Shown here: positions 54,563 through 64,000 of the stretch, piece after piece
Numbering within the stretch: position 1 is the first letter of the stretch
Layout: each line of letters starts with the position of its first letter
Assembly: GCA_963695095.1 (NCBI GenBank)
Contig: CAVOFT010000001.1
Coordinates: 3,168,001 to 3,232,000, forward strand
From: an uncultured bacterium
GTDB taxonomy: Bacteria; Krumholzibacteriota; Krumholzibacteriia; JACNKJ01
Length of the DNA stretch: 64,000 nucleotides
Reading direction: 5' to 3'
Translations under genes and position numbers: made by a program
The notes under the pieces: generated by a model
Told to the model about the DNA's origin: nothing
The model's database searches: none
The model's input: only the letters and a program-made list of their open reading frames with translations

Positions 54563-55800
54563 ATGATGCTGCCCTTTCTGACCGAGGAGAACCTGCGCTG
54601 GAAGGCGAAGGCCCACGAGATCGCCGAGCAGGTCGTGCGGCCCCTGGCCCGCAAGTACGACGAGCTCCAGGAGTACCCCTGGGAGATCAAGGACGCCCTG
54701 GCCGAGGCCGGCCTGCTCGGCGTCTGGATCCCCAAGGAGTACGGCGGCGCGGGCGCCGGCGTGCTCGACCTCTGCCTCGTGCGTCGAGGAGCTCTCGCCG
54801 CGCCTGCGGCGGCATGGGCGTGGTCTACGCGGTCAACGCGCTCGGCTCGCTTCCCGATCCTGCTCGTCGGGCACGGACGAGCAGAAGAAGAAGTACCTGC
54901 CCGAGATCGCCTCCGGCGAGAAGCTCATCGCCTTCGGCCTCTCCGAGAAGTTCGCGGGCAGCGACGCCGGCAGCCTGCGCACCCGCGCCGAGCAAGACGG
55001 CGACGAGCTACGTCCTCAACGGCGAGAAGAAGTGGACCACCAACGGCGGCGTCGCCGACCTCTACACGCGTCTTCGCCGTCACCGATCCCGAGACGCGCA
55101 GCGCGCGCGGATCTCGCGCCTTCATCGTCGAGAAGGGCGACCCCGGGCTTCACGATCGGGAAGGTCGAGGACAAGATGGGCATCCGCTGCGTGCCCGTCG
55201 TCGAGCTCCACTTCGACGACTGCCGCGATCCCCGAGGACCGCCTGCTCGGCGGCAAGACCGGCATCGGCTTCAAGCACGCGATGATGACGCTCGACCGCG
55301 CCCGCCCCGGCGTGGCCGCCCAGGCGCGTCGGCCTCGCCCAGGGCGCGCTCGAGTACGCCTCGGTCTACGCGAACCGGCGCAAGCAGTTCGGCGCAGCCG
55401 ATCGCGCAGCTTCCAGATGATCCAGGGCATGCTGGCCGACATGGCGACCAAGGTCGAGGCGGCGCGCCAGCTGGTCTACGCCGCCGCCCGCACATCGACG
55501 CCGGCGCCGCCGAACATCACCAAGCTGGCCGCCGAGGCCAAGCTCTTCGCCACCGACATGGCCATGGAGGTGACCACCGACGCGGTGCAGATCTTCGGCG
55601 GCTACGGCTACATGAAGGACTACCCGATCGAGAAGTACATGCGCGACGCCAAGATCACCCAGATCTACGAGGGCACGAACCAGGTCCAGCGCCTGGTGAT
55701 CAGCCGCTGGGTGCTCAAGGAGGCCCGCGAGCACGCCGAGCTGGATGCGTTCATCCCCCGCGAGGTCCAGAAGCACGTGGACCCGGCCGAGGTGAGCTGA
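54563..55800 (+). CDS. Acyl-CoA dehydrogenase (many frameshifts in ~54780-55500)
   Basis: [101 protein letters not shown], spread across frames. Confidence 0.9.
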
Positions 55801-55832
55801 GCCCGCCGGCTGCCGGCCCTTTCCTTCGCTCT

Positions 55833-55864
55833 GGAGCCCGGCGCCCGCCGGGCTCCTTCTCTTT
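55833..55864 (+). terminator. Intrinsic terminator
   Basis: GGAGCCCGGC-gccc-GCCGGGCTCC followed by TTCTCTTT. Confidence 0.8.
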
Positions 55865-55902
55865 GCGGCCCGTCCGGGCCCCTCAGCCGGCTGAAAGCGG
55901 AC

Positions 55903-55950
55903 TTGACGCTTGACCTAGTTCCCTGTAGTATTAGTACAACATTGAACTAG
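55903..55950 (+). promoter_or_regulatory. Promoter and GntR/YtrA-type operator
   Basis: TTGACG-17 nt-TAGTAT (55903-55931), overlapped by palindrome CTAGTTC-cc-TGTaGTA-ttag-TACaACA-tt-GAACTAG (55915-55950). Confidence 0.75.
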
Positions 55951-55965
55951 TCCGCCGGAGGGCGA

Positions 55966-56373
55966 ATGAAGAACCAAGCGCGGCCTCTCACCCTGGACAC
56001 GGCGAGCGGGCTGCCCATCTACCGCCAGATCGTCGACTGGGTGAAGCTGAACGCGGCCGGCGGCGGCCTCCCCCCGGGCGTGCAGCTGCCCACGGTCCGC
56101 CAGCTCGCCGTGGACCTGGGCGTCAACAGCAACACGGTGGCGCGGGCCTACCTGGAGCTGGAGCGCATGGGGGTGGTCCACACCCTGCGCGGCAAGGGCA
56201 CCTATGTCGCCGACGGCGAGCCGCCCGTGCCCGATGCCCTGCGCGCGGCCAAGATCCGCGATCTGGTCACCGAGTGTCTCTCGAAGGCAGCGGAATTCGG
56301 CTTCGGCGCGGCCGAGCTGGCGGCGGAACTCACCGATCGCCTGCCCGCCGTCGCCGCGGCCAAGGAGGAGTGA
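55966..56373 (+). CDS. GntR-family regulator (YtrA subfamily)
   Basis: PIYRQI...LPTVRQLAVDLGVNSNTVARAYLELE...GKGTYV with a short C-terminal helix. Confidence 0.93.
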   Translation: MKNQARPLTLDTASGLPIYRQIVDWVKLNAAGGGLPPGVQLPTVRQLAVDLGVNSNTVARAYLELERMGVVHTLRGKGTYVADGEPPVPDALRAAKIRDLVTECLSKAAEFGFGAAELAAELTDRLPAVAAAKEE

Positions 56374-57495
56374 TGAACATGGTCATCCCGGACATATCCA
56401 AGAAGGCGGCTCCGGAGCTGAGACCGGCCATCAGGGGCGACTTCCGCTTCGGCGCTTTCAACCTGGTCATCCTCATCGCCATCATGGGGCTGGGCGCGGT
56501 GATCCAGCTCCGGCTCGTCCAGCCCGCCGGCGCGACACTGGCGATGCGGCCGGAGGTGCTCAGCGTCGTGGCCGCCATCGTCATGGGCTCGGGGCTGATC
56601 CTGGTCCCCAAGTGGCAGAAGCTGATCGCCCTGGGCGTCGTCTACTGGGTGATCCTGCGCTTCGCCTTCAAGGAGGCCTCCATCTGGCCCCTGCACCTGT
56701 CGGCCTACCTGGGCCTGCTGGCCGCGGCCTCCGTGCAGATCGCCCAGCAGTGGGAGAAGGGCGTCGTGCTGCGCCTGGGCAAGTTCCGCGGCCTCAAGGG
56801 GCCCGGGCTTCTTCGCCATCCTGCCGCTCGTGGAGCGTGTCGACGCCTACATCGATCACCGCGTGCGCTGCACGGATTTCCGCGCCGAGACCACGCTCAC
56901 GCGCGACACGGTGCCGGTCAACGTGGACGCCATCGCCTTCTGGCTGGTCTGGGACGCCAAGATGAGCGTGCTCGAGGTGGAGAACTTCGTCGAGGCCGTG
57001 ATCCTCAGCGCGCAGACCGCGCTGCGGGATGCCATCGGCCGCCACGAACTCTCCGAGATGCTCGCCGACCGCGAGAAGATCGGCCAGCAGATCCAGCAGG
57101 TGCTCGACCGCAAGACCGACCCCTGGGGCATCACGATCCAGAGCGTCGAGATCCGCGACGTGGTCATCCCCAAGGGCCTCGAGGACGCCATGAGCCGCCA
57201 GGCCCAGGCCGAGCGCGAGCGCCAGAGCCGGGTGATCCTGGGCACGGCCGAGACCGAGATCGCCGAGAAGTTCGCCAAGGCCAGCGAGGCCTACCAGAAC
57301 AACCCCGTCGCCCTGCACCTGCGGGCGATGAACATGGTCTTCGAGGGGCTCAAGCAGAAGGGCAGCATGATCATCGTGCCCTCCACGGCCGTCGAGACCA
57401 TGGGCCTGGGCGCCCTGGGCGGCCTGACCGCCCTCGGCCGGCCCGTGCCCGGCGGCAAGGCGGCGCCGGCGGACGAGCCGCCCGCCGAGGCTTGA
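56373..57495 (+). CDS. SPFH/stomatin (slipin) family membrane protein with extra N-terminal TMs (frameshift near 56806)
   Basis: QWEKGVVLRLGKF..KGPG, then TLTRDTVPVNVDA, AQTALRDAIG, WGITIQSVEIRDV, AMSRQAQAERE, ALHLRAMN. Confidence 0.9.
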
Positions 57496-57707
57496 TCGCC
57501 GTGCCCCCCTGCGCAGTGGACCCGGGCCGGGAAGCGGCCCGGGTCGCCGCCTCCCCACCGCCGCGATCATTGCTTAACAGAATGCGCATTCTGTCCTAGG
57601 CTCTTCCTCGGGAGCGGAGCTGAACCCGGCGCCCGGCTGCGGCGGCCTCCACGCTGAGGCCACGCTCCCCCAGCCGACCGGAGCGCCAGCACCCAGGGAG
57701 GAACCCG

Positions 57708-59417
57708 ATGAGAGAGCATGCACGGCCCGCGCTGGGCATCCTGCTGGTCCTGGCCCTTGCGGGCCTGGGCTGCTCGAGCAGCGACGACAGCACCTCGCCA
57801 GAACCCACGGTCCCGACGGTGACGAGCGTGACGCCCGCCGATGGGGCCATTCATGTCGACCCCGGGGACGATGTCCTCGTGCGCTTCAGCGTGCCCATGG
57901 ACGAGGCCAGCGTCGAGGCGGCGACGACGCTGAGTTCGCCGACCCGTGTCGATGTCAGCTTCGAAGCCTACTGGCTGGCCGGCATCCTGAGCATCGATCC
58001 CCTCGAAGACCTCGAGCGCGGCGTCGTGTACACCCTGACCGTCGGCACCGGCGCCGAGAGCGCCGAGGGCGAGCCCTTGGCGACGGCCTTCACCAGCAGC
58101 TTCACCACGCTGCCCAGCTACCCGGTGGTGCTCTCCACCAATCCGGCCGACGACGCCACCGGCGTGCCCCTCAATGCCAGCGTCCATGTGCAGTTCTCAA
58201 TGGGCATGGACGAAGCGAGCACGGAGGCGGCCATCAACGTCAACCCGAGCGCTGCCTACACGTTTGAATTCGACGGTGACAACTTCACGCTCGACTTCAC
58301 CGCGAACCTCGCGGCCAGCACCACCTACACGGTCACCATCGACGAGAGCGCGGCGGCCTCGGGCCCGGGCGCCACGCTGAGCGAGGACCACGTCTTCAGC
58401 TTCACGACGGGCTCCGGGGTGGACAATACGCCGCCCAGCATCCTCAGCTACAGCCCGGCCAATGGCGCCACGAATGTGAGCCGCACGATCGGTCAGATCA
58501 CGATCACCTTCTCGGAACCGATTCGGGGCCTCGAGTCTCCGGACGGACTCGACCTGCGCCTCTCCGTCCTCATCTACGACGATCCGACGCTGAGCCCGGA
58601 CGGTACCGTTCTCACCGTGCCGCTCCTGCGCTTGCCGGCCGGGTGCACGCTCTTCGTGGACCTGGGGCCCTTCCAGGACGCGGTCGGCAACTGGAGCGCC
58701 GATCCGCCGGTCTACAGCTTCACCACCGCGGGCACGGCCGACTTCTTCCCCGCCGGGCCGAGCGACTGGTGGGAGTACTACCGCATGGGCGAGGGCTGGG
58801 ATGACGAGTACCTGATCAAGGCCGAGAACGTGACCGGCGGCGATTTCGATCTCTCGCGCTACCGCCCCGACTACGGCGACCGCCAGCCGGAGGACTACAC
58901 CCTGCTCGATCAGATCAGCCACTACAGCCGCACGGCGAGCAGCATCTTCTGGAACGGTCGCAACGAGCTGAACGAGGGGACCTGGGATGCCTTCACCTTC
59001 ACGCCGCCCGTCGAGTGGCTGCACTTGCCGCTCACCCTGGGCCAGAACTGGGCGGGTCAGTCCACCTTCACGATCGACGGCCAGCAGGCCCGCGTCATCT
59101 ACGAGGCAGAGGTGACGGACATCCGCGACGTCGCCCCCGACCTCCTGCGGTCCAAGTCGCGGGCCGGCTGGCGGCCCGGCGGAGAGCGGCAGGGGAGCTG
59201 GGTCTTCCCTGACTGCGCCGAGGTCACGCTCTCCTACACGCTCCAGTCCAATGTCGAGGGTACCTGGGAGACGATGGAAGCGGGCAGCGAGGTCGATCTC
59301 TACTGCCCCGGGCTGGGCCAGATCGCGCTGCACAGCGAGAACACGTCCTACGGCGAAGGCGATCCCGAGCTGAGAGTGGAGGACTCCTACCTGAGCTGGT
59401 GGCTGGTCGGCCAGTAG
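57708..59417 (+). CDS. Lipoprotein with three SbsA/Big_5 Ig-like domains and a C-terminal beta domain
   Basis: Lipobox LAGLG-C; repeats P.V.S..PADGA..V.....I.V.FS..MD...FTT. Confidence 0.85.
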   Translation: MREHARPALGILLVLALAGLGCSSSDDSTSPEPTVPTVTSVTPADGAIHVDPGDDVLVRFSVPMDEASVEAATTLSSPTRVDVSFEAYWLAGILSIDPLEDLERGVVYTLTVGTGAESAEGEPLATAFTSSFTTLPSYPVVLSTNPADDATGVPLNASVHVQFSMGMDEASTEAAINVNPSAAYTFEFDGDNFTLDFTANLAASTTYTVTIDESAAASGPGATLSEDHVFSFTTGSGVDNTPPSILSYSPANGATNVSRTIGQITITFSEPIRGLESPDGLDLRLSVLIYDDPTLSPDGTVLTVPLLRLPAGCTLFVDLGPFQDAVGNWSADPPVYSFTTAGTADFFPAGPSDWWEYYRMGEGWDDEYLIKAENVTGGDFDLSRYRPDYGDRQPEDYTLLDQISHYSRTASSIFWNGRNELNEGTWDAFTFTPPVEWLHLPLTLGQNWAGQSTFTIDGQQARVIYEAEVTDIRDVAPDLLRSKSRAGWRPGGERQGSWVFPDCAEVTLSYTLQSNVEGTWETMEAGSEVDLYCPGLGQIALHSENTSYGEGDPELRVEDSYLSWWLVGQ

Positions 59418-59494
59418 GCCGGCTTCCCACGCCGCGCTGAGCTTGCTAGACTGGGGGCGGCCCTGCCGCCCCCCTTTCATTCCCGAGGAGGCCC

Positions 59495-60397
59495 ATGCCC
59501 GAGACCGTCACCCTCGTCGACGCCATGGCCTACATCTTCCGCGCCTACTACGCCCAGGCCGCACGCAGCGGGCCGGCCGGCCAGCCCACCGGCGCCAGCT
59601 TCGGCTTTCTCGACTTCCTGCTGCGCCTCATCGTGCGCGAGAGCCCCAGCCACCTGGCCGTGGTCTTCGACTCGGGGCCGAAGAGCTTTCGCAATGCCCT
59701 CTACCCCGACTACAAGGCCAATCGCGGCGCTGCGCCGGAGGACCTGCTGCCCCAGTTCGCCCAGTGCGAGGCCCTCGCCGCCGCCCTCGGCCTGCCGGTT
59801 TTCAAGGTGGCCGACCATGAGGCCGACGACGTGCTGGCCACCCTCGCCGCCCGCTGCCGCGCCGCGGGCTGCGCGGTGCGCATCATCTCGGGGGACAAGG
59901 ACCTCGCCCAGCTCGTGGACGAGCAGGTGAGCATCCACGATCCCGCGCGGGGCAAGCGCTTCACGCCGCGCACCGTGCCCAAGCAGTTCGGCGTGGCGCC
60001 GGCGCAGATGGTCGACTACCTCGCCCTCACCGGCGACGCCAGCGACAACGTCCCCGGCGTGCGGGGCGTCGGCCCCAAGACGGCCGCCGCCCTGCTCCAG
60101 GCCCTGGGCAGTCTGGACGGCGTCTACGCCGGCCTCGATGCGGTGCCGGACCTGCCCATCCGCGGCGCCAAGACCCTGGCCGCTCGGCTGGTCGAGCACC
60201 GGGAGGCCGCCTACCTCTCGCAGGAGCTGGTCACCCTGAAGCGCGACCTGCCGCTGGATGTCGCACCGGCGGCGCTCGCCTACACCGGCGCCCCCCGCGC
60301 CGAGTGCAGGGCCCTCTTCGCCGAGCTGGGCTTCGAGCACCTGATCCCCTTCGTGCCCCGCTGGCAGGGGGAGGCGGCGCCCGCAGCCGGCGCTTGA
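59495..60397 (+). CDS. Stand-alone 5'-3' exonuclease / flap endonuclease (PolA N-terminal domain / Xni-like)
   Basis: VDAMAYIFRAYY, YKANR, EADDVLAT, SGDKDL, LTGDASDNVPGVRGVGPKTA. Confidence 0.92.
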   Translation: MPETVTLVDAMAYIFRAYYAQAARSGPAGQPTGASFGFLDFLLRLIVRESPSHLAVVFDSGPKSFRNALYPDYKANRGAAPEDLLPQFAQCEALAAALGLPVFKVADHEADDVLATLAARCRAAGCAVRIISGDKDLAQLVDEQVSIHDPARGKRFTPRTVPKQFGVAPAQMVDYLALTGDASDNVPGVRGVGPKTAAALLQALGSLDGVYAGLDAVPDLPIRGAKTLAARLVEHREAAYLSQELVTLKRDLPLDVAPAALAYTGAPRAECRALFAELGFEHLIPFVPRWQGEAAPAAGA

Positions 60398-60500
60398 ACG
60401 CCTGCGCCGGGCGTGCTTAGGTGCGGGGGCGCGTCGGGAACCTCGCCCCCGGGCGAGGTTTGAACCGGCCTCGCCCCTTCCGCCTGCCAAGGAGAAACCG

Positions 60501-61097
60501 ATGACCGGCCTGCGCCGCAGCCTCCTGCTCACCGCTCTCGCCTGCCTGCCGGCTGCCGCCCTGGCCGATGCCGGACAGCCGCCCTCGATCGCGCCCTTCG
60601 TCGGCACCTGGCGGATCAACTTCGAGCTGAGCTACCTGCGCGCCTTGGCGGACGAGCATTTGCCCCAGCGGGACCCGACGGCGCTGCGCAATTATGTGGA
60701 CACGATGAGCCGCATCATCGAGCTGAGCATCGGCGACAGCCTGATCACCTACTCGCGCGGGCGCCACACGAAGAGCTTTCCCTTTGCGATCACCGGGGAG
60801 GAGAACGGCAAGATCAGTCTGATTGCCGATCCCCAGGGCCAGTCCGCCGCCTGGGTGCTGGAGCTGATGCCCGAGGGCACTCTCTACCTGCGCTCCACCG
60901 CCACGCAGATGACGGACTTCTATGTCTACGAGCGCGGGCGCATTCCCCGCGATGAGAACGGCCTGCCCGTCTTCCTGGCGCCGCCGCCCCGCCTGCCCGG
61001 CGAGTGGACGCCCCCGCCGACGGCGCCGGCGGACACGGCCACTCCCACCGCCCCGGCGGATTCGGCGGCTGCCCTGCCGGCACCGCCGCGCGGCTGA
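60501..61097 (+). CDS. Hypothetical secreted protein with Pro/Ala-rich tail
   Basis: AAGGAG RBS, signal peptide, coding-like codon usage. Confidence 0.7.
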   Translation: MTGLRRSLLLTALACLPAAALADAGQPPSIAPFVGTWRINFELSYLRALADEHLPQRDPTALRNYVDTMSRIIELSIGDSLITYSRGRHTKSFPFAITGEENGKISLIADPQGQSAAWVLELMPEGTLYLRSTATQMTDFYVYERGRIPRDENGLPVFLAPPPRLPGEWTPPPTAPADTATPTAPADSAAALPAPPRG

Positions 61098-61108
61098 ACC
61101 GCTCCCCC

Positions 61109-61140
61109 AAGAAAATGGGACCCCGGTTGCCCGGGGTCCC
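61109..61140 (-). terminator. Intrinsic terminator between convergent genes
   Basis: GGGACCCCGG-gcaa-CCGGGGTCCC followed by ATTTTCTT on the minus strand. Confidence 0.8.
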
Positions 61141-61188
61141 GCGTCGTTTCAGGCTCGATCACCCGCAGGGGGCGACCGCCTCGCGAAG

Positions 61189-61875
61189 CTAGTACAGGCT
61201 CTTGACCTGGCTCAGCGTCGCTTCCTCGGTAGCCGTGAAGCCGAGGGATTTGAACTGCTGGAGGCCGGTGCGGCCGTAGCCCACATCGCTGTCCCAGTAG
61301 CTCACGTACCAGCCGATGGTCTCCACGCCATTGTAGCTGATCTGGCCGCAGAGGCCGGCATTCTCGTAGCCCCAGGCCATCGACTGGCCGGCGGGCAGGA
61401 CCAGGCCCTCGCCGCTGATGTCGATGATGGAGTACACGGTCGGCGGCGAGGTGTCGATGACGCCCGCGGGATAGAAGGTCCCCACGCCGTCCCAGGCCCA
61501 GGTGTAGGGATTGGTGACGTTGTAGATGCTGGTCTGGTTCAGATCGACGTTCCACTCCACCGGCATGACGATGGGATCGCTGCTGTACTCGTTGGTGGGG
61601 AAGCCCAGCTCGACGAGGGTCTGGGGCTCGCCCGTGTTGTTCGTCCAGATGTGCAGCGTGTAGTAGGCCCAGCCAGAGGCCGAACCGTTGGTGGTCGCCG
61701 GCGTGTTCATGGCGCCGCCGGTGTTGTACATCACGTCAGTGCGATCGCCAATGGGCTGATCCACCGCGGTGCCGTTGGGGATGGTCACCACGGAGCCGTC
61801 CTTGGACGCCACGAGCGCAAAGGCCGGCGCGGCAATCGCCAGGATGGCGAAGGCAACGAATAGCTTTTTCAACAT
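61189..61875 (-). CDS. Secreted protein of unknown function with TEEATLSQVKSLY tail (paralog A)
   Basis: GGAGG RBS, signal peptide MLKKLFVAFAILAIAAPAFA, strongly biased codons. Confidence 0.85.
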   Translation of the reverse strand: MLKKLFVAFAILAIAAPAFALVASKDGSVVTIPNGTAVDQPIGDRTDVMYNTGGAMNTPATTNGSASGWAYYTLHIWTNNTGEPQTLVELGFPTNEYSSDPIVMPVEWNVDLNQTSIYNVTNPYTWAWDGVGTFYPAGVIDTSPPTVYSIIDISGEGLVLPAGQSMAWGYENAGLCGQISYNGVETIGWYVSYWDSDVGYGRTGLQQFKSLGFTATEEATLSQVKSLY

Positions 61876-62097
61876 GGTCTCCTCCAGGAGAAATTTGCTG
61901 TCAGTTCACAGACGTCCGTTGGTGCGTCCATCGGCCCTCGGAGGAGAGGATCCGCTGACGCACCGCTGGGCACAGTATAGCATAGCGGGTCCGGGCAATC
62001 TATAGAGGGTCTTGGGGGGCGGGCTTTCGGGGGAGGATTTCGGCCAAGCCAGGTTAGAATCGCGGGGTTGCCTGTATCAAGGGTGTATCAAAGCAGA

Positions 62098-62124
62098 GGA
62101 CCCCCGGCATGGGGCCGGGGGTCC
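62098..62124 (-). terminator. Probable terminator between the two paralogs
   Basis: 11-bp perfect stem GGACCCCCGGC...GCCGGGGGTCC followed by TCTGCTTT on the minus strand. Confidence 0.65.
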
Positions 62125-62167
62125 AGAAAGCGGCAAAAACTCCTGGAGGAAGAGCTTCAGCTAGGGA

Positions 62168-62857
62168 CTAGTAGAGGCTCTTGACCTGGCTCAGGGTGGC
62201 CTCCTCGGTGGCCGTCGTCAGGTAGTCGGCCGTGAACTGCTGCAGACCGGTGCGGCCGTAGGGCTCGTCGCTGTCCCAGAAGCTCACGTACCAGCCGATG
62301 GTCTCGACGCCATTGAAGGTGATCTGCCCGCAGAGGCCGGCATTCTCGTAGCCCCAGACCATGGAAGCGCCCGCGGGGAGCACCAGGTTGGCGGCGGAGA
62401 CGTCGACCACGCTGTACACGGTCGGCGGCGAGGTGTCGATGACGCCCGTGGGCGTGAAGGTGCCCACGCCGTCCCAGGCATGCGTGTAAGGATCCGCCAC
62501 GGAGTAGACGTCGTTGTTGTTCAGGTCGATGTTCCACTCAACGGGCATCACGATGGGGTCCGCGCTGTTCTCGTTGGTGGGGAAGCCCAGCTCGAGGAAC
62601 TCGATGTCCTGGGCGGCGCCGTTGGTGTAGACGTTCATGGTGTAGTAGGCCCAGCCGGAGGCATTGCCCGCGGTGGTTGCCGGGGTGAACATGGCGCCGC
62701 CCGTGTTGTACTCGACGTCCGCGCGGTCGCCCAGAGGCTGATCCACCGGGCTGCTGTTCGGAATGATGACCACTGAGCCGTCCTTCGACGCCACAAAGGC
62801 AAAGGCCGGCGCCGCGATCGCCAAGACGGCGAGCGCAACAACTAGCTTTCTCAGCAT
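62168..62857 (-). CDS. Secreted protein of unknown function with TEEATLSQVKSLY tail (paralog B)
   Basis: AAGGAGG RBS, signal peptide MLRKLVVALAVLAIAAPAFA; aligns along its whole length with 61189-61875. Confidence 0.85.
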   Translation of the reverse strand: MLRKLVVALAVLAIAAPAFAFVASKDGSVVIIPNSSPVDQPLGDRADVEYNTGGAMFTPATTAGNASGWAYYTMNVYTNGAAQDIEFLELGFPTNENSADPIVMPVEWNIDLNNNDVYSVADPYTHAWDGVGTFTPTGVIDTSPPTVYSVVDVSAANLVLPAGASMVWGYENAGLCGQITFNGVETIGWYVSFWDSDEPYGRTGLQQFTADYLTTATEEATLSQVKSLY

Positions 62858-63330
62858 TGCGAGTCCTCCTTGAGGAACAGATGATGTCAAACCAAGGTGA
62901 AACGCACCCGAGTCAATCCAGAATCGGATCCCGAGAGCGAATCTCTCATGGCTCGGAGTCTAGCAGATGGGCGATTGTCATGTCTAGGTTACAGTTGTAA
63001 AGCCATGTAAATCAATCGGATCTGATCGATGGCCGAGGCAGGTCGGACGATGGGGCTCGCGTTTCGGCCGGGAAGCCGCCGCCCGCCAGGCCGGGGGCCA
63101 AGCGCTGACAACTAGGCTTGACGCATGGAAACAATCGGCGACAGCCCGTCCCGAGGCCCCGGCCGCGGCTCGACAGCGGTCCGCAATCGCTGCGTTTGCA
63201 ACAGGGTCGCCGGCCCGCTATTTTGGAGGCGGGCGGTTGCAATCCCGAGAACCCTGCGCTAGACTGCCCCGGTTTTCCGACTCCCCTCGCCCCACCAGCT
63301 GAGACCCTAGGGATGGCGGAGGTGCGCCCG

Positions 63331-64000
63331 ATGGCCGAATCCCGCATGCGGATAGCTATCCACAAGCAGGGGCAGGACTGCCAGGTCCGCGTCCGTGCCT
63401 TTTCCGGCAAGGAAGAGAAGCAGCTCCGGGCGAAGCTCAATCTTTGCCCCGCCGACGAGGCGCTGACGCGCATGGAGTCCTACGAGGATCTCCGTGCAGA
63501 CGAGTACTTCACGGTGAAGAGCGCCGGCGGCCCCGAGCTCTGCTTCGGCTGCCCGCCCGGACGCCTCGTGCGCCTGCGCGAGTTCCTCGACGAGACGCGT
63601 GGCGCCGCCGTGACCGACGGCGCCGAGCACGTGCCCAGCACCGAGGATGCGCGGCGTGCAGTCAGCCTCGAGGACAACTTCGCCGAAGAGCTCACGCACA
63701 TCATCGATTCCAATCTGCCCTTCTACAAGCGGGGCCCGGCGGCCTTCGCCAAGGGCGTGGGGATGCGCCTCGGCGTGCTGCTGCTGCTCGCCATCGTGGG
63801 GCGCGTCGTCTACCTCGGCCGCGCGGATCACTACGTCAGCCGCAGCCTGCAGAGCATCATGAAGACGGCGGAGACGCCCTATGCCGGCCAGAGCTATCTC
63901 TCCTACTTCTTCGAGCCCAACTACAGCCACCGCTCCAAGCTGATCATCAAGCGCCCCCTCTACATCCGCGGTAACCGGGTGATTCTCGAGGGCGGCTTCT
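63331..64000 (+). CDS. Hypothetical membrane-anchored protein, truncated by the window edge
   Basis: Not in the ORF track. GGAGGTG then ATG 63331; manual translation MAESRMRIAIHKQGQDCQVRVRAF...MRLGVLLLLAIVGRVVYLG... stays open to the end. Confidence 0.65.
   Translation, partial: MAESRMRIAIHKQGQDCQVRVRAFSGKEEKQLRAKLNLCPADEALTRMESYEDLRADEYFTVKSAGGPELCFGCPPGRLVRLREFLDETRGAAVTDGAEHVPSTEDARRAVSLEDNFAEELTHIIDSNLPFYKRGPAAFAKGVGMRLGVLLLLAIVGRVVYLGRADHYVSRSLQSIMKTAETPYAGQSYLSYFFEPNYSHRSKLIIKRPLYIRGNRVILEGGF

Noticed and set aside
62860..63330. ncRNA or riboswitch in the long divergent intergenic region
   Set aside because: Only short hairpins and promoter-like boxes are visible, and I cannot support any known RNA family.

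Overview
This is a high-GC bacterial chromosomal window, most likely from an uncultured FCB-group lineage such as Krumholzibacteriota/Latescibacterota (inferred from its secretion-tail repertoire). Housekeeping and metabolic genes (gltX, ispDF, radA, icd, icmF, mlaEFD, acyl-CoA dehydrogenase, 5'-3' exonuclease, SUI1/yciH, GGT) are interleaved with a large secretome. Eight proteins carry a FlgD-Ig/T9SS-like C-terminal domain (two S8 subtilases, a C25 gingipain-like protein, an M28 peptidase, a heparinase-like protein and others), and three carry a different short '...KSLY' tail. The left end is a decayed accessory region with a complete IS21-family element (2454-4732) whose 5-bp target duplication is a gene's start codon. 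The strongest candidates for new biology are a translationally coupled 18-heme c-type cytochrome plus beta-barrel pair, a family of long hairpins found just after stop codons, and the short KSLY tail on tandem paralogous secreted proteins. Several genes carry single-base frameshifts that look like assembly errors. I recognised no rRNA, tRNA or CRISPR array.
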